Part shown: positions 7,858 through 14,975 of the stretch, in pieces | Position numbering within the stretch: the stretch's first letter is position 1 | Layout: the number at the start of each line of letters is the position of its first letter | From: Actinomycetes bacterium | GTDB lineage: Bacteria > Actinomycetota > Acidimicrobiia > IMCC26256 > PALSA-555 | Assembly: GCA_037142235.1 (NCBI GenBank) | Contig: JBAXBB010000001.1 | Location: 7,784 to 71,783 of the forward strand | Reading direction: 5' to 3' | Length of the DNA stretch: 64,000 nt | Position numbers and translations under genes: made by a program | The notes under the pieces: model-generated | Seen by the model: the letters and a program-made list of their open reading frames with translations, nothing else | The model's database searches: none | Told to the model about the DNA's origin: nothing

Positions 7858-8917
7858 CCGATCTCCCCGATTCTTGCGTGCTCATTGACCGTCGATCCGA
7901 CACGTGCTGCGCGGCGCCGCCCGCCACCCCGGCCCCGAGTCCGAGGGCGAGTGCGATCATCAGGCGGTCGAGATCGACCGGCAACGTGGTCGGTACCTGC
8001 GACCTGGAGAGCGCCGGGAGGTCGGCGATCCCGATCGCGATCGCGACGAACAATCCGGCGAAGACCAGCACGGGAGCCGCGGCGCGCAGGCCGCGTCGGC
8101 GGAGGCGTACCAGCGCCCCCACGCCGAGCGCCACGGCACCCAGGGTGGGCGCGACGTCGGAGAGGCGGCCGGCGGTGGACGTGGTGCCGGCGTTCCAGGC
8201 GCCGAGCGCGTGCAGGGTGGTGGCCAGGACCGCGATCGCCAGCCCGGTCGCGATCACGACCACGGCCCGGCGGGTCCGTGCCGCCAGGGCCACCGTGACC
8301 GCACCGGCGAGGGCGACCGCGATCCAGGGCCAGGGTGACGGACCCGGGATCCACCAGACGTCGCCGTGCACCCGCGAGGTTCGGCTGCCGCTGCGCAGGG
8401 ACAAGACGAACCGCTGGATCAGGTGGGCGTGGCCGGGGTCGCGCGCCACCACGGGCGGATCGAGCGATCCCATCCAGTGGGCTCGGTGGTCGTGCCAACG
8501 CACGGTGTCGGCCCCGCTCACCTGGTGCCAGTCGGGTGAGGCCGTGGGGTCGGCTCGGCTCGGTGGCGGCGCCGGGTTGCTCAGGACCCGGTCGAGGTAC
8601 GTGGCCGGAGAGTTCAGGTTCTCGTAGGTGCCGCGAGGACCGACCCGGAGGTAGGGCTCGTGGTCGTACCCGACGACGACGACGTCGTGGCGTCCGACGT
8701 TGCGCAACTCGAGCTGATTGCCGTCGTCGACCACTCGCACGGTGACCCCGGGAAGGGGTGTGGTCACCGCCGTGATCCGCGTCCGGAAATTGGTGGCATT
8801 GACGCCGCCGACCGTGTGGGCCGACGCCGGGTTGGCGCCGACCCCCACGAGGGCCGCGGCGCCGAGGGCCACGATCACCACGTGCTGCCAGCGCCGAAGA
8901 CCGCCCGTGCCCACCAC
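7835..8917 (-). CDS. Uncharacterised exported protein: N-terminal extracytoplasmic domain plus C-terminal polytopic membrane domain. Possibly copper-associated.
   Basis: Signal VVGTGGLRRWQHVVIVALGAAALVGVGANPASA, cleaved before HTVGG. It carries the His-rich motif RWHDHRAHWM and 4-5 C-terminal TM helices. It is divergent from copCD. The start GTG at 8917 (or 8914) is inferred. The 3' end overlaps the hydrolase gene by 23 nt in convergent orientation. Confidence 0.6.
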   Translation of the reverse strand: MVGTGGLRRWQHVVIVALGAAALVGVGANPASAHTVGGVNATNFRTRITAVTTPLPGVTVRVVDDGNQLELRNVGRHDVVVVGYDHEPYLRVGPRGTYENLNSPATYLDRVLSNPAPPPSRADPTASPDWHQVSGADTVRWHDHRAHWMGSLDPPVVARDPGHAHLIQRFVLSLRSGSRTSRVHGDVWWIPGPSPWPWIAVALAGAVTVALAARTRRAVVVIATGLAIAVLATTLHALGAWNAGTTSTAGRLSDVAPTLGAVALGVGALVRLRRRGLRAAAPVLVFAGLFVAIAIGIADLPALSRSQVPTTLPVDLDRLMIALALGLGAGVAGGAAQHVSDRRSMSTQESGRSASPPPPG

Positions 8918-8968
8918 TGCGCGGCGACGATACTGGCCACCTCCCGAGTCCCTGGAGCCGACCCTCCG

Positions 8969-10717
8969 ATGTCCGGCGCTCCCCGCCCCTCGTTCCGAGC
9001 CTTCCGCTGGTGCGGTGCGCTCGTGGTGGCGTCGGTGGCCCTCGCGGGGCCGCTCGCCCTCCCGGCCGCCGCTCATGCCGACGTGGTCGAGGTCAGCCCG
9101 GGAGCCGGGGCGGTCCTGACGAACCCTCCGCGTTCCCTCGCCATCCAGTTCACCGAGGGTGTGGCGAAGGTCCGGAACGGCCTGGCGCTCTTCGACGGCG
9201 CAGGCCGACGCGTCCCGGTGGGGCGTCTGCGCCGACCCGGACCCGACCGCCTGGTCCTGGCGGTGCGTGGCGACCTCCCGGACGGCACGTACATCGTCAC
9301 CTGGCGCGCGGTCTCCGACGACACCCACACGGTGGAGGGCACCTGGACGTTCCGGGTCGGCACTGCCGCCGTCGACCCCGGAGCGAGTGCGGTCGCGCGC
9401 ACCCTGCTCGACGCGCAACGGGCCTCGCCGGTCGTGACGGGGGCCTACGGCGTGCTCCGGTGGCTGGCGTTCGCCGCGCTGGCCGTGCTGATCGGGGGCG
9501 CGGTGTCCGCCGCGGTGGTCTGGCCCCCGGCCCGACGGTCCCGAGTGGTCGCGGGGGTGGTGTCCGGCGCCGCCGTGACCCTGGTGCTCGGCTCCCTCGC
9601 GGGGATCGCCGTGTTCGGTGCGTCGGTGCGCGGCGGTGGGGTGTTCGACGTCGTCCGACCCGGAACCTGGCGGGCGGCGTTCGACACGCGCTTCGGGGCG
9701 GTGTGGCTCGCGCGCGCGGTCTTGGCGGCGGGGGCGCTCGTCCTCGGGCGGGTGCTCTTCGACCGGGGTGATCGGGGTGATCCGCCGCGCCCGCTCCCGC
9801 GGTGGTGGTGCACGGTGGCGGTCGTCGTCGGCGTCGGGCTCGTGTGCACCCCGGGTCTCGCCGGGCACGCCGGATCCGACGCCGATCGCCCCCTCGCACT
9901 CGTGCTCGACGCCGTGCACGTCGCGGCCATGGCCGTGTGGGTCGGCGGGTTGGTGGTGCTGCTGATCGTGTTGGGGGGTCCGCGCGGCGACCGTCCGGGG
10001 CGTCGGTCGGGCGACGCGGCTGCGAACCGGGTTCCCCACGGCTGGGAGATGGTCGGTCGGTTCTCCCGGGTCGCGTGGTGGTGTGTCGCTGCCCTGGTCG
10101 CGTCGGGTGCACTCCGGGCGTGGCGGCTGGTCGGTGGTCTCGAGGCGCTGCGCACCACCGACTACGGACGGACGCTCGTGGTGAAGCTCGTGGTCGTGGC
10201 CCTCCTCCTGGCGGTCGCGGTGCGCAGCCGGGACCTGGCGCGTCGGGAGTCCGGTCGCACCGACGCGGTGGCGTTGCGTCGTTCGGTCGGGCTCGAGGTG
10301 GTGCTCGCCGCCGTGGTGCTGGTGGTGACAGCGGTCCTGGTGGAGGCCCCCCCGCCGGCCGGCCGGGTGGGGGCCGTCGGTGCTGCAACCGCCGCGACCA
10401 CGCTGGTCGACCCACGGGCCACCGTCGACCTCACCCTGGTGCCGGGCCGGGTCGGGGTCGACGACCTCCAGGTCGTGGTCACCCGCCGGGGTGCGCCGCT
10501 GGCCGTGGCGGCCGTGGAGGTCACCCTGACGCCCCCGAGCAACGCGGGTGCGCCCATCCTCGTACCGTTGCGGACGTTGGGTCCGGGGCACTCGTTCTCG
10601 CCCGGGCTCGAACTCCCGTTGGCCGGCCGCTGGCGGGTGCTCACGACGGTGGTGATCGGGAGCCCGGACCAACCGGATCGGATCACGCTCACCGGAACCA
10701 TCATCGTCGCTCCCTGA
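8969..10717 (+). CDS. Copper resistance CopC-CopD fusion protein with C-terminal Ig-like domain
   Basis: From ATG at 8969: signal ...LPAAA, cleaved before HADVVEVSPGAGAVL...DGTYIVTWRAVSDDTHTVEG (CopC). A polytopic CopD-like region follows (...LAGHAGS...). Confidence 0.8.
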   Translation: MSGAPRPSFRAFRWCGALVVASVALAGPLALPAAAHADVVEVSPGAGAVLTNPPRSLAIQFTEGVAKVRNGLALFDGAGRRVPVGRLRRPGPDRLVLAVRGDLPDGTYIVTWRAVSDDTHTVEGTWTFRVGTAAVDPGASAVARTLLDAQRASPVVTGAYGVLRWLAFAALAVLIGGAVSAAVVWPPARRSRVVAGVVSGAAVTLVLGSLAGIAVFGASVRGGGVFDVVRPGTWRAAFDTRFGAVWLARAVLAAGALVLGRVLFDRGDRGDPPRPLPRWWCTVAVVVGVGLVCTPGLAGHAGSDADRPLALVLDAVHVAAMAVWVGGLVVLLIVLGGPRGDRPGRRSGDAAANRVPHGWEMVGRFSRVAWWCVAALVASGALRAWRLVGGLEALRTTDYGRTLVVKLVVVALLLAVAVRSRDLARRESGRTDAVALRRSVGLEVVLAAVVLVVTAVLVEAPPPAGRVGAVGAATAATTLVDPRATVDLTLVPGRVGVDDLQVVVTRRGAPLAVAAVEVTLTPPSNAGAPILVPLRTLGPGHSFSPGLELPLAGRWRVLTTVVIGSPDQPDRITLTGTIIVAP

Positions 10718-10748
10718 CGCGACCCGCCCGCCTCCCCGGACCGAACCC

Positions 10749-11390
10749 TTGCGCACCGAACTCGCCGACACCTTCTTCACGATCCTCACGCTCCTCGCCG
10801 ACGCGGGGGTGCTCCTGGCCGTGGTGCTGGTGCTGGGCCGACGGGTGCCGTGGGTCCGCCGGATCGGCGACGCCGCGGTGGAGGCCGTCGGCCCGTCGGC
10901 CCGGCTGACGGCCTGGATGGTGGCCACGGTGGCGACCCTGGGCAGCCTCTACTACTCGGAGGTCGCGCATTACACGCCGTGCCATCTCTGCTGGTACCAG
11001 CGCCTCTGCATGTACCCGCTGGCGTTGATCCTGCTGGTCGGACTCGTCCGGCGCGACCACTTGGTCCGCAGCTACGCGGCGCCGTTCGTGGTGGTGGGGG
11101 CCCCGATCTCGCTGTACCACTGGCTGGTGGAGCGGGTGCACTTCTTCGAGCAGACGAGCTCGTGCTCGGCGTCGGCGCCGTGCAGCGTGCCGTGGTTCCA
11201 GGAACTCGGCTTCGTCACGCTGGCGTTCATGGCGTTGAGTGCCTTCCTCCTCGTCGGGACGTTGCTGCTCACCGACCGGACGTTCGAGCGCCGGAACCCC
11301 GACGGGGTTCGCAGCGACGACCCCACCGACTCCACCGACCCCACCGACCTCGACGCAAGCCCGGCCGCGATCGCGGCGACGGAAGGATGA
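10749..11390 (+). CDS. Disulfide bond formation protein, DsbB/BdbC family
   Basis: TPCHLCWYQRLCMYP (CxxC plus WYQR, as in BdbC) and a second Cys pair SSCSASAPCS are present. The protein has 4-5 TM helices. Confidence 0.75.
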   Translation: MRTELADTFFTILTLLADAGVLLAVVLVLGRRVPWVRRIGDAAVEAVGPSARLTAWMVATVATLGSLYYSEVAHYTPCHLCWYQRLCMYPLALILLVGLVRRDHLVRSYAAPFVVVGAPISLYHWLVERVHFFEQTSSCSASAPCSVPWFQELGFVTLAFMALSAFLLVGTLLLTDRTFERRNPDGVRSDDPTDSTDPTDLDASPAAIAATEG

Positions 11391-12130
11391 CCATGAGCCC
11401 GAAGCGTGCCCCAGTCCCCGCCGGTGGTCGCCGGAACCGATGGGTGTTCCCCGCCGTCATCGGCGTGATCGTGCTCGCCGGCCTGCTGGCCGTGATCCTG
11501 AGCGCGACCGGTGGGTCCGGCGGCGGCTCGGGTGGCGGCACTCCCAAGGCGCGGGTCGAGGTGTCGGCGGAGGTCACGGTCGGGGGCACGGCCCTGCCCC
11601 GGTACACGGCTGCCGCCAAGGATCCGGCGGTCGGTCTCGTGGCCCCCACGCTGGGTTCGGTCGACTTCTCGGGCCACAACGCGACGGCGGGCGGCGCCTC
11701 GGGCCGGCCCACGGTCCTGGCCTTCGTGGCGCACTGGTGTCCGCACTGCCAAGCGGAGATTCCTCGGATCGTGGCCCTGGAGAAGGCGGGCAAGGCGTCC
11801 GGCGTGACGATCGTGGCGATCCCGACCGGCACCGACAAGACCTATCCGAACTACCCGCCGAGCGCCTGGCTGGCGAGTGAGCAGTGGCCGGGCCCGGTCG
11901 TGCTCGACGACGCCCGGCAGAGCGCGGCCCAGGCCTACGGGCTCACCGGCTACCCCTACCTGGTGTTCGTCGACGCCCAGGGCAAGGTCGTGGCGCGCAC
12001 GTCCGGGGAGATCGCCGAAGCCGACCTCGCCCCCATGCTCGCGCAGCTGGCCGCCGGTCAGCCCGTGACGGTTCCGGGTGCGGGCGCGTCGTCCAACTCG
12101 GGGACGGGATCCTCCACCAACGTCGGGTGA
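11387..12130 (+). CDS. Membrane-anchored thioredoxin-fold protein (TlpA/ResA-like redoxin) with CPHC active site
   Basis: N-terminal anchor RWVFPAVIGVIVLAGLLAVIL, active site VLAFVAHWCPHCQAEIP, and GYPYLVFVD. ATG at 11387 overlaps the dsbB stop (ATGA). Confidence 0.8.
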   Translation: MTMSPKRAPVPAGGRRNRWVFPAVIGVIVLAGLLAVILSATGGSGGGSGGGTPKARVEVSAEVTVGGTALPRYTAAAKDPAVGLVAPTLGSVDFSGHNATAGGASGRPTVLAFVAHWCPHCQAEIPRIVALEKAGKASGVTIVAIPTGTDKTYPNYPPSAWLASEQWPGPVVLDDARQSAAQAYGLTGYPYLVFVDAQGKVVARTSGEIAEADLAPMLAQLAAGQPVTVPGAGASSNSGTGSSTNVG

Positions 12131-12133
12131 GGG

Positions 12134-12604
12134 TTATCCGCAGTCTCGGCAGCGGCCGACGAGGTCGATGCGGTGCGCCGTGGTGTGGAAACCCGAGGCG
12201 CGCTCGATCGCCTCGACGGCGTGGTGCAGGGCCCGCTCGATCGCGGCCGATGCCGGTACGTCCTGCACGGCGCCGCACTCGCTGCAGATGAGATGGTGGT
12301 GGTGGTCGCCGGTCAGGTCCTCGGTGAGCTCGAAGCAGGCGAAGCCGCCGTTGGTCACGATGCGGTGCACCACGCCGGCCTGCTCGAGCACGACCAGGTT
12401 CCGGTAGACCGAACTCTGGGCGAACTCCCGGTCGGCGGCCAGGATCTCCGGGATCGTGAGCGGACGACCGCTCCGCCCGAGCACGCCGACGAGGGCGACG
12501 CGCGCCGGCGTGCTTCGTTGTCCGGCAGTCCGCAGTCGATCGGCGGCGGCGTCGAGGAATCGATCGCGACCGACGTCGTGGGCGGAGTGACGTGCCGTCG
12601 CCAT
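12134..12604 (-). CDS. Fur family transcriptional regulator (Zur-like)
   Basis: Winged-helix N-terminus, DHHHHLICSECG plus CRDCG (two CxxC pairs) and an HHHH metal site. It resembles mycobacterial FurB/Zur. Confidence 0.8.
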   Translation of the reverse strand: MATARHSAHDVGRDRFLDAAADRLRTAGQRSTPARVALVGVLGRSGRPLTIPEILAADREFAQSSVYRNLVVLEQAGVVHRIVTNGGFACFELTEDLTGDHHHHLICSECGAVQDVPASAAIERALHHAVEAIERASGFHTTAHRIDLVGRCRDCG

Positions 12605-12610
12605 GGTCGG

Positions 12611-12616
12611 AGTCTA
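12611..12616 (-). promoter_or_regulatory. -10 box TAGACT, 6 nt before the ATG at 12604 (leaderless)
   Basis: Forward agtcta at 12611-12616. Six nt follow (12605-12610), then the start codon. Confidence 0.45.
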
Positions 12617-12678
12617 GGAGTCGGCCCTCCGGGTGCTCGGTGGAGGCACGGGGTGCACCGACGTGCCGGTGGCCGCGC

Positions 12679-12684
12679 TACCGT
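12679..12684 (+). promoter_or_regulatory. -10 box TACCGT, 6 nt before the GTG at 12691 (leaderless)
   Basis: taccgt at 12679-12684, then ccgcgc, then GTG. Confidence 0.4.
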
Positions 12685-12690
12685 CCGCGC

Positions 12691-13368
12691 GTGGACGCAG
12701 ACCTCACGGCCCGGTTCGTCGAACTCGTCCAGCGGTCCGACGACGACGTCCCCCTCGACGAAGCCGCCCTGCTCATCGCGGCCCACGACCACGCCGTCGA
12801 CGTGGAGGCCGGGTTGGCGGCACTCGACGCGCTCGCCCTCGAGGTGGCCGCCACCGACGCCGCCGGCCTGGCGCGGGGCCTCTTCGTGGACCTCGGGTTC
12901 GCCGGCGACGTCGTCGAGTACGACGACCCGCGCAACTCCTTCCTCGACGAGGTGCTGGCCCGGCGGCTCGGGATGCCGATCACCCTGGCCGTGGTGATGA
13001 TCGAGGTCGGTCGGCGCTGCGGGGTGTCGTGCGTGGGCATCGGCATGCCCGGCCACTTCCTCGTCGGGACCGACGACGGGTACGTCGACGCGTTCGCGGC
13101 GGGAACGTTCCTCGACGCGGCGGGCGCCCGGGCGCGGTTCGAGCGCGCGCAGCCGATGGCACCGTTCTCCCCGCGCTACCTCGAGCCCGTGGGCAGCCGG
13201 GCGATCCTGGCGCGCATCCTCGCCAACCTGGTGAACTCACTGGCGGTCCGAGCGCCCCTGACCGCGACCTGGGCGTTGCGCCTGCGCCTGGCGATCCCGG
13301 GCCTGCCGCCGGCGGAGCGTCGGGGCGGCGAGGCGGTCCTCGCCCGGCTCCTCGCCCGGTCCAACTGA
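12691..13368 (+). CDS. SirB1-like / transglutaminase-like plus TPR protein (UPF0162 family)
   Basis: VDADLTARFVELV...YDDPRNSFLDEVLARRLGMPITLAVVMIEVGRRCGV...GMPGHFLV is the typical SirB1 N-domain core. Confidence 0.6.
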   Translation: MDADLTARFVELVQRSDDDVPLDEAALLIAAHDHAVDVEAGLAALDALALEVAATDAAGLARGLFVDLGFAGDVVEYDDPRNSFLDEVLARRLGMPITLAVVMIEVGRRCGVSCVGIGMPGHFLVGTDDGYVDAFAAGTFLDAAGARARFERAQPMAPFSPRYLEPVGSRAILARILANLVNSLAVRAPLTATWALRLRLAIPGLPPAERRGGEAVLARLLARSN

Positions 13369-13378
13369 AGGGCACCAG

Positions 13379-14008
13379 ATGGACGGAGCGACGCTGCCGA
13401 TGTTCCCGCTCGGATCGGTGCTGTTCCCGTACGCAGTGCTCCCGCTCCACGTGTTCGAGCCCCGCTATCGCGAACTCGTCGAGGCCGCCCTGGCGTCCGA
13501 CGCCTGCTTCGGCGTCGTCCTCATCGAACGGGGCAGCGAGGTGGGCGGTGGCGACACGCGCTTCTCGGTGGGGACGGTCGCACGGATCGTGCAGGCCCGT
13601 CCGAGCCCCGACGGCCGGTGGTGGTTGGCCACCGTCGGCACCCAGAGGATCCGGGTCGAGGAATGGCTCCCCGACGATCCCTACCCGCGAGCACGCGTCG
13701 TGACCCTCGACGACGCGGCCGGGGACGTCGGGCCCGACGGGGTCGACGGGGTGCTCGCCGAAGTGCGGACCCGGCTGCGGCGGGTGCACGCCCTGCGATC
13801 CGAGTTGGGCCTGCCGGCGCTCGACGGCGACCCGCCGATCGCGGCGGACCCCGTCCGGGCTTCGTTCGAGGCGGCGGCCCTCGCGCCGCTCGGCCCCCTC
13901 GACGCGCAGGGTCTGCTCGAGTTCGACGACGCCGTCTCCCGGCTCGCGCACCTGCGCGACGCCCTCGACGCCGAGATCGAGGTCTGCACGTTCCGGCTGT
14001 CGGGCTGA
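13379..14008 (+). CDS. LON N-terminal (substrate-binding) domain protein
   Basis: LPMFPLGSVLFPYAVLPLHVFEPRYRELV matches the Lon N-domain signature. Confidence 0.75.
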   Translation: MDGATLPMFPLGSVLFPYAVLPLHVFEPRYRELVEAALASDACFGVVLIERGSEVGGGDTRFSVGTVARIVQARPSPDGRWWLATVGTQRIRVEEWLPDDPYPRARVVTLDDAAGDVGPDGVDGVLAEVRTRLRRVHALRSELGLPALDGDPPIAADPVRASFEAAALAPLGPLDAQGLLEFDDAVSRLAHLRDALDAEIEVCTFRLSG

Positions 14009-14016
14009 ACGCGGCC

Positions 14017-14022
14017 TACATT
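14017..14022 (+). promoter_or_regulatory. -10 box TACATT, 6 nt before the ATG at 14029 (leaderless)
   Basis: tacatt at 14017-14022, then cgctcc, then ATG. Confidence 0.45.
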
Positions 14023-14028
14023 CGCTCC

Positions 14029-14193
14029 ATGGAGTCCGTGCCCGCACCCAGCCCAGGAGCCTCGGAGGTTCCGTCGGAGGTTCCGTCGGCACCGTCCACG
14101 GAGGAGCTCGCTGCCCTCGAGGAGGAGTTGGCCACGCTCGAGGCCGACCTCGGGGCACTCGAGGACGCCACCGACTCGGGAGCCGGGGACTGA
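14029..14193 (+). CDS. Small acidic coiled-coil protein (54 aa), hypothetical
   Basis: The protein reads MESVPAPSPGASEVPSEVPSAPSTEELAALEEELATLEADLGALEDATDSGAGD. Support comes from the exact leaderless promoter geometry and from tight coupling to the downstream genes. Confidence 0.45.
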   Translation: MESVPAPSPGASEVPSEVPSAPSTEELAALEEELATLEADLGALEDATDSGAGD

Positions 14194-14468
14194 GCACCGT
14201 CCGGATCCGGCTGTTCGCCGCCGCCCGGGAGGCCGCCGGCCGGCGTGACGACGTGGTCGAACTCGCGGCGGCGTCCACACTCTCCGAACTCGAGCAGGTC
14301 TTGCGCGAACGGTACGGACCGGCGTTCTCGGCGGTGCTCGACGCGTCGCGGACCTGGGTCAACGGCGACGAGCCGGCCGACGGTGCCGCCACGGTGCTCG
14401 TCGACGACGACGAGGTGGCGGTGCTGCCGCCGGTGAGCGGCGGGGCCGCTGGTACCGTCCCGTCGTGA
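14190..14468 (+). CDS. MoaD/ThiS-family ubiquitin-like beta-grasp protein (start codon uncertain)
   Basis: The frame reads (L)STVRIRLFAAAREAAGRRDDVVELAAAST...DEVAVLPPVSGGAAGTVPS. The conserved N-terminal strand lies upstream of the first canonical start (GTG 14253). CTG at 14190 overlaps the upstream stop (CTGA). Confidence 0.55.
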   Translation: MSTVRIRLFAAAREAAGRRDDVVELAAASTLSELEQVLRERYGPAFSAVLDASRTWVNGDEPADGAATVLVDDDEVAVLPPVSGGAAGTVPS

Positions 14469-14974
14469 CCGGCGTACCCCGGCGGATCGACGTCGTCCTG
14501 GAACCGGGCTACCTCGACGGACTCGCCGAGCGCCCGCTCACCACCCTGCAGGCGCTCCACGACGAGTGCACGGAGGTCGAGACCGAGGTCTCCTACGTCC
14601 GGCGGCTCGCGCAGGCTCGCCTCGAGATCCTGCGGGCCGAGCAGGATCGCCGGGCCCGGGGGGGCAGCGTGGCCGAACTCGTCGCCGCGCTGCCGCGGAT
14701 CCTCGCCGACGCCGGACCGCGTCCGGCTCCGTCGGTCAGCCGGGTCGTGACCCGGTTCGCGCCGGATCCGGCGATCGAGTGGTCGAGGGGTCGGGAGTCG
14801 TTGATCACCGACGACACCCTGGCCACCCTGCCCGATCTCACCGATGCGCAACTGCTCGAACGGCTCGACGGGCTCGGGGCGCTCGAGCGCGAGACCTCCG
14901 ACACCCGGCGGGCCCTGCACCGGGTGATCGACGTCATCGACGTCGAGCTCGCCCGCCGTCAGATGCCTGCCTGA
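14465..14974 (+). CDS. RsiG-like protein (putative c-di-GMP-binding anti-sigma factor family)
   Basis: There are two copies of the RsiG c-di-GMP motif E-x3-S-x2-R-x3-Q-x3-D. The first is E39-TEV-S-YV-R-RLA-Q-ARL-E54. The second is E141-RET-S-DT-R-RAL-H-RVI-D156. GTG overlaps the upstream stop (GTGA). Confidence 0.5.
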   Translation: MTGVPRRIDVVLEPGYLDGLAERPLTTLQALHDECTEVETEVSYVRRLAQARLEILRAEQDRRARGGSVAELVAALPRILADAGPRPAPSVSRVVTRFAPDPAIEWSRGRESLITDDTLATLPDLTDAQLLERLDGLGALERETSDTRRALHRVIDVIDVELARRQMPA

Positions 14975-14975
14975 G

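Noticed and set aside
8927-8932. TATCGT upstream of the 8917 GTG as another exact leaderless promoter
   Set aside because: The spacing to the GTG is 9 nt, not 6, which implies a 3-nt leader. It does not fit the strict pattern and is not counted among the ten. The same applies to TAGCCT at 32349-32354 (8 nt before GTG 32363) and TACGAT at 28005-28010 (8 nt before the hemB ATG).
8918-10927. Upstream two-thirds of the 1030-aa minus-strand ORF (7835..10927)
   Set aside because: It is antisense to the well-supported CopC-CopD gene and is Arg/Pro/Gly/His-rich low complexity with no domain signature. This is a typical off-frame open reading frame in about 70% GC DNA. Only the 3' 361 codons (up to 8917) look like a real protein.
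14253-14255. GTG 14253 as the start of the MoaD-like gene
   Set aside because: It would remove about 20 residues (VRIRLFAAAREAAGRRDD) that clearly correspond to the conserved first strand and helix of the beta-grasp fold. It is kept only as a fallback.
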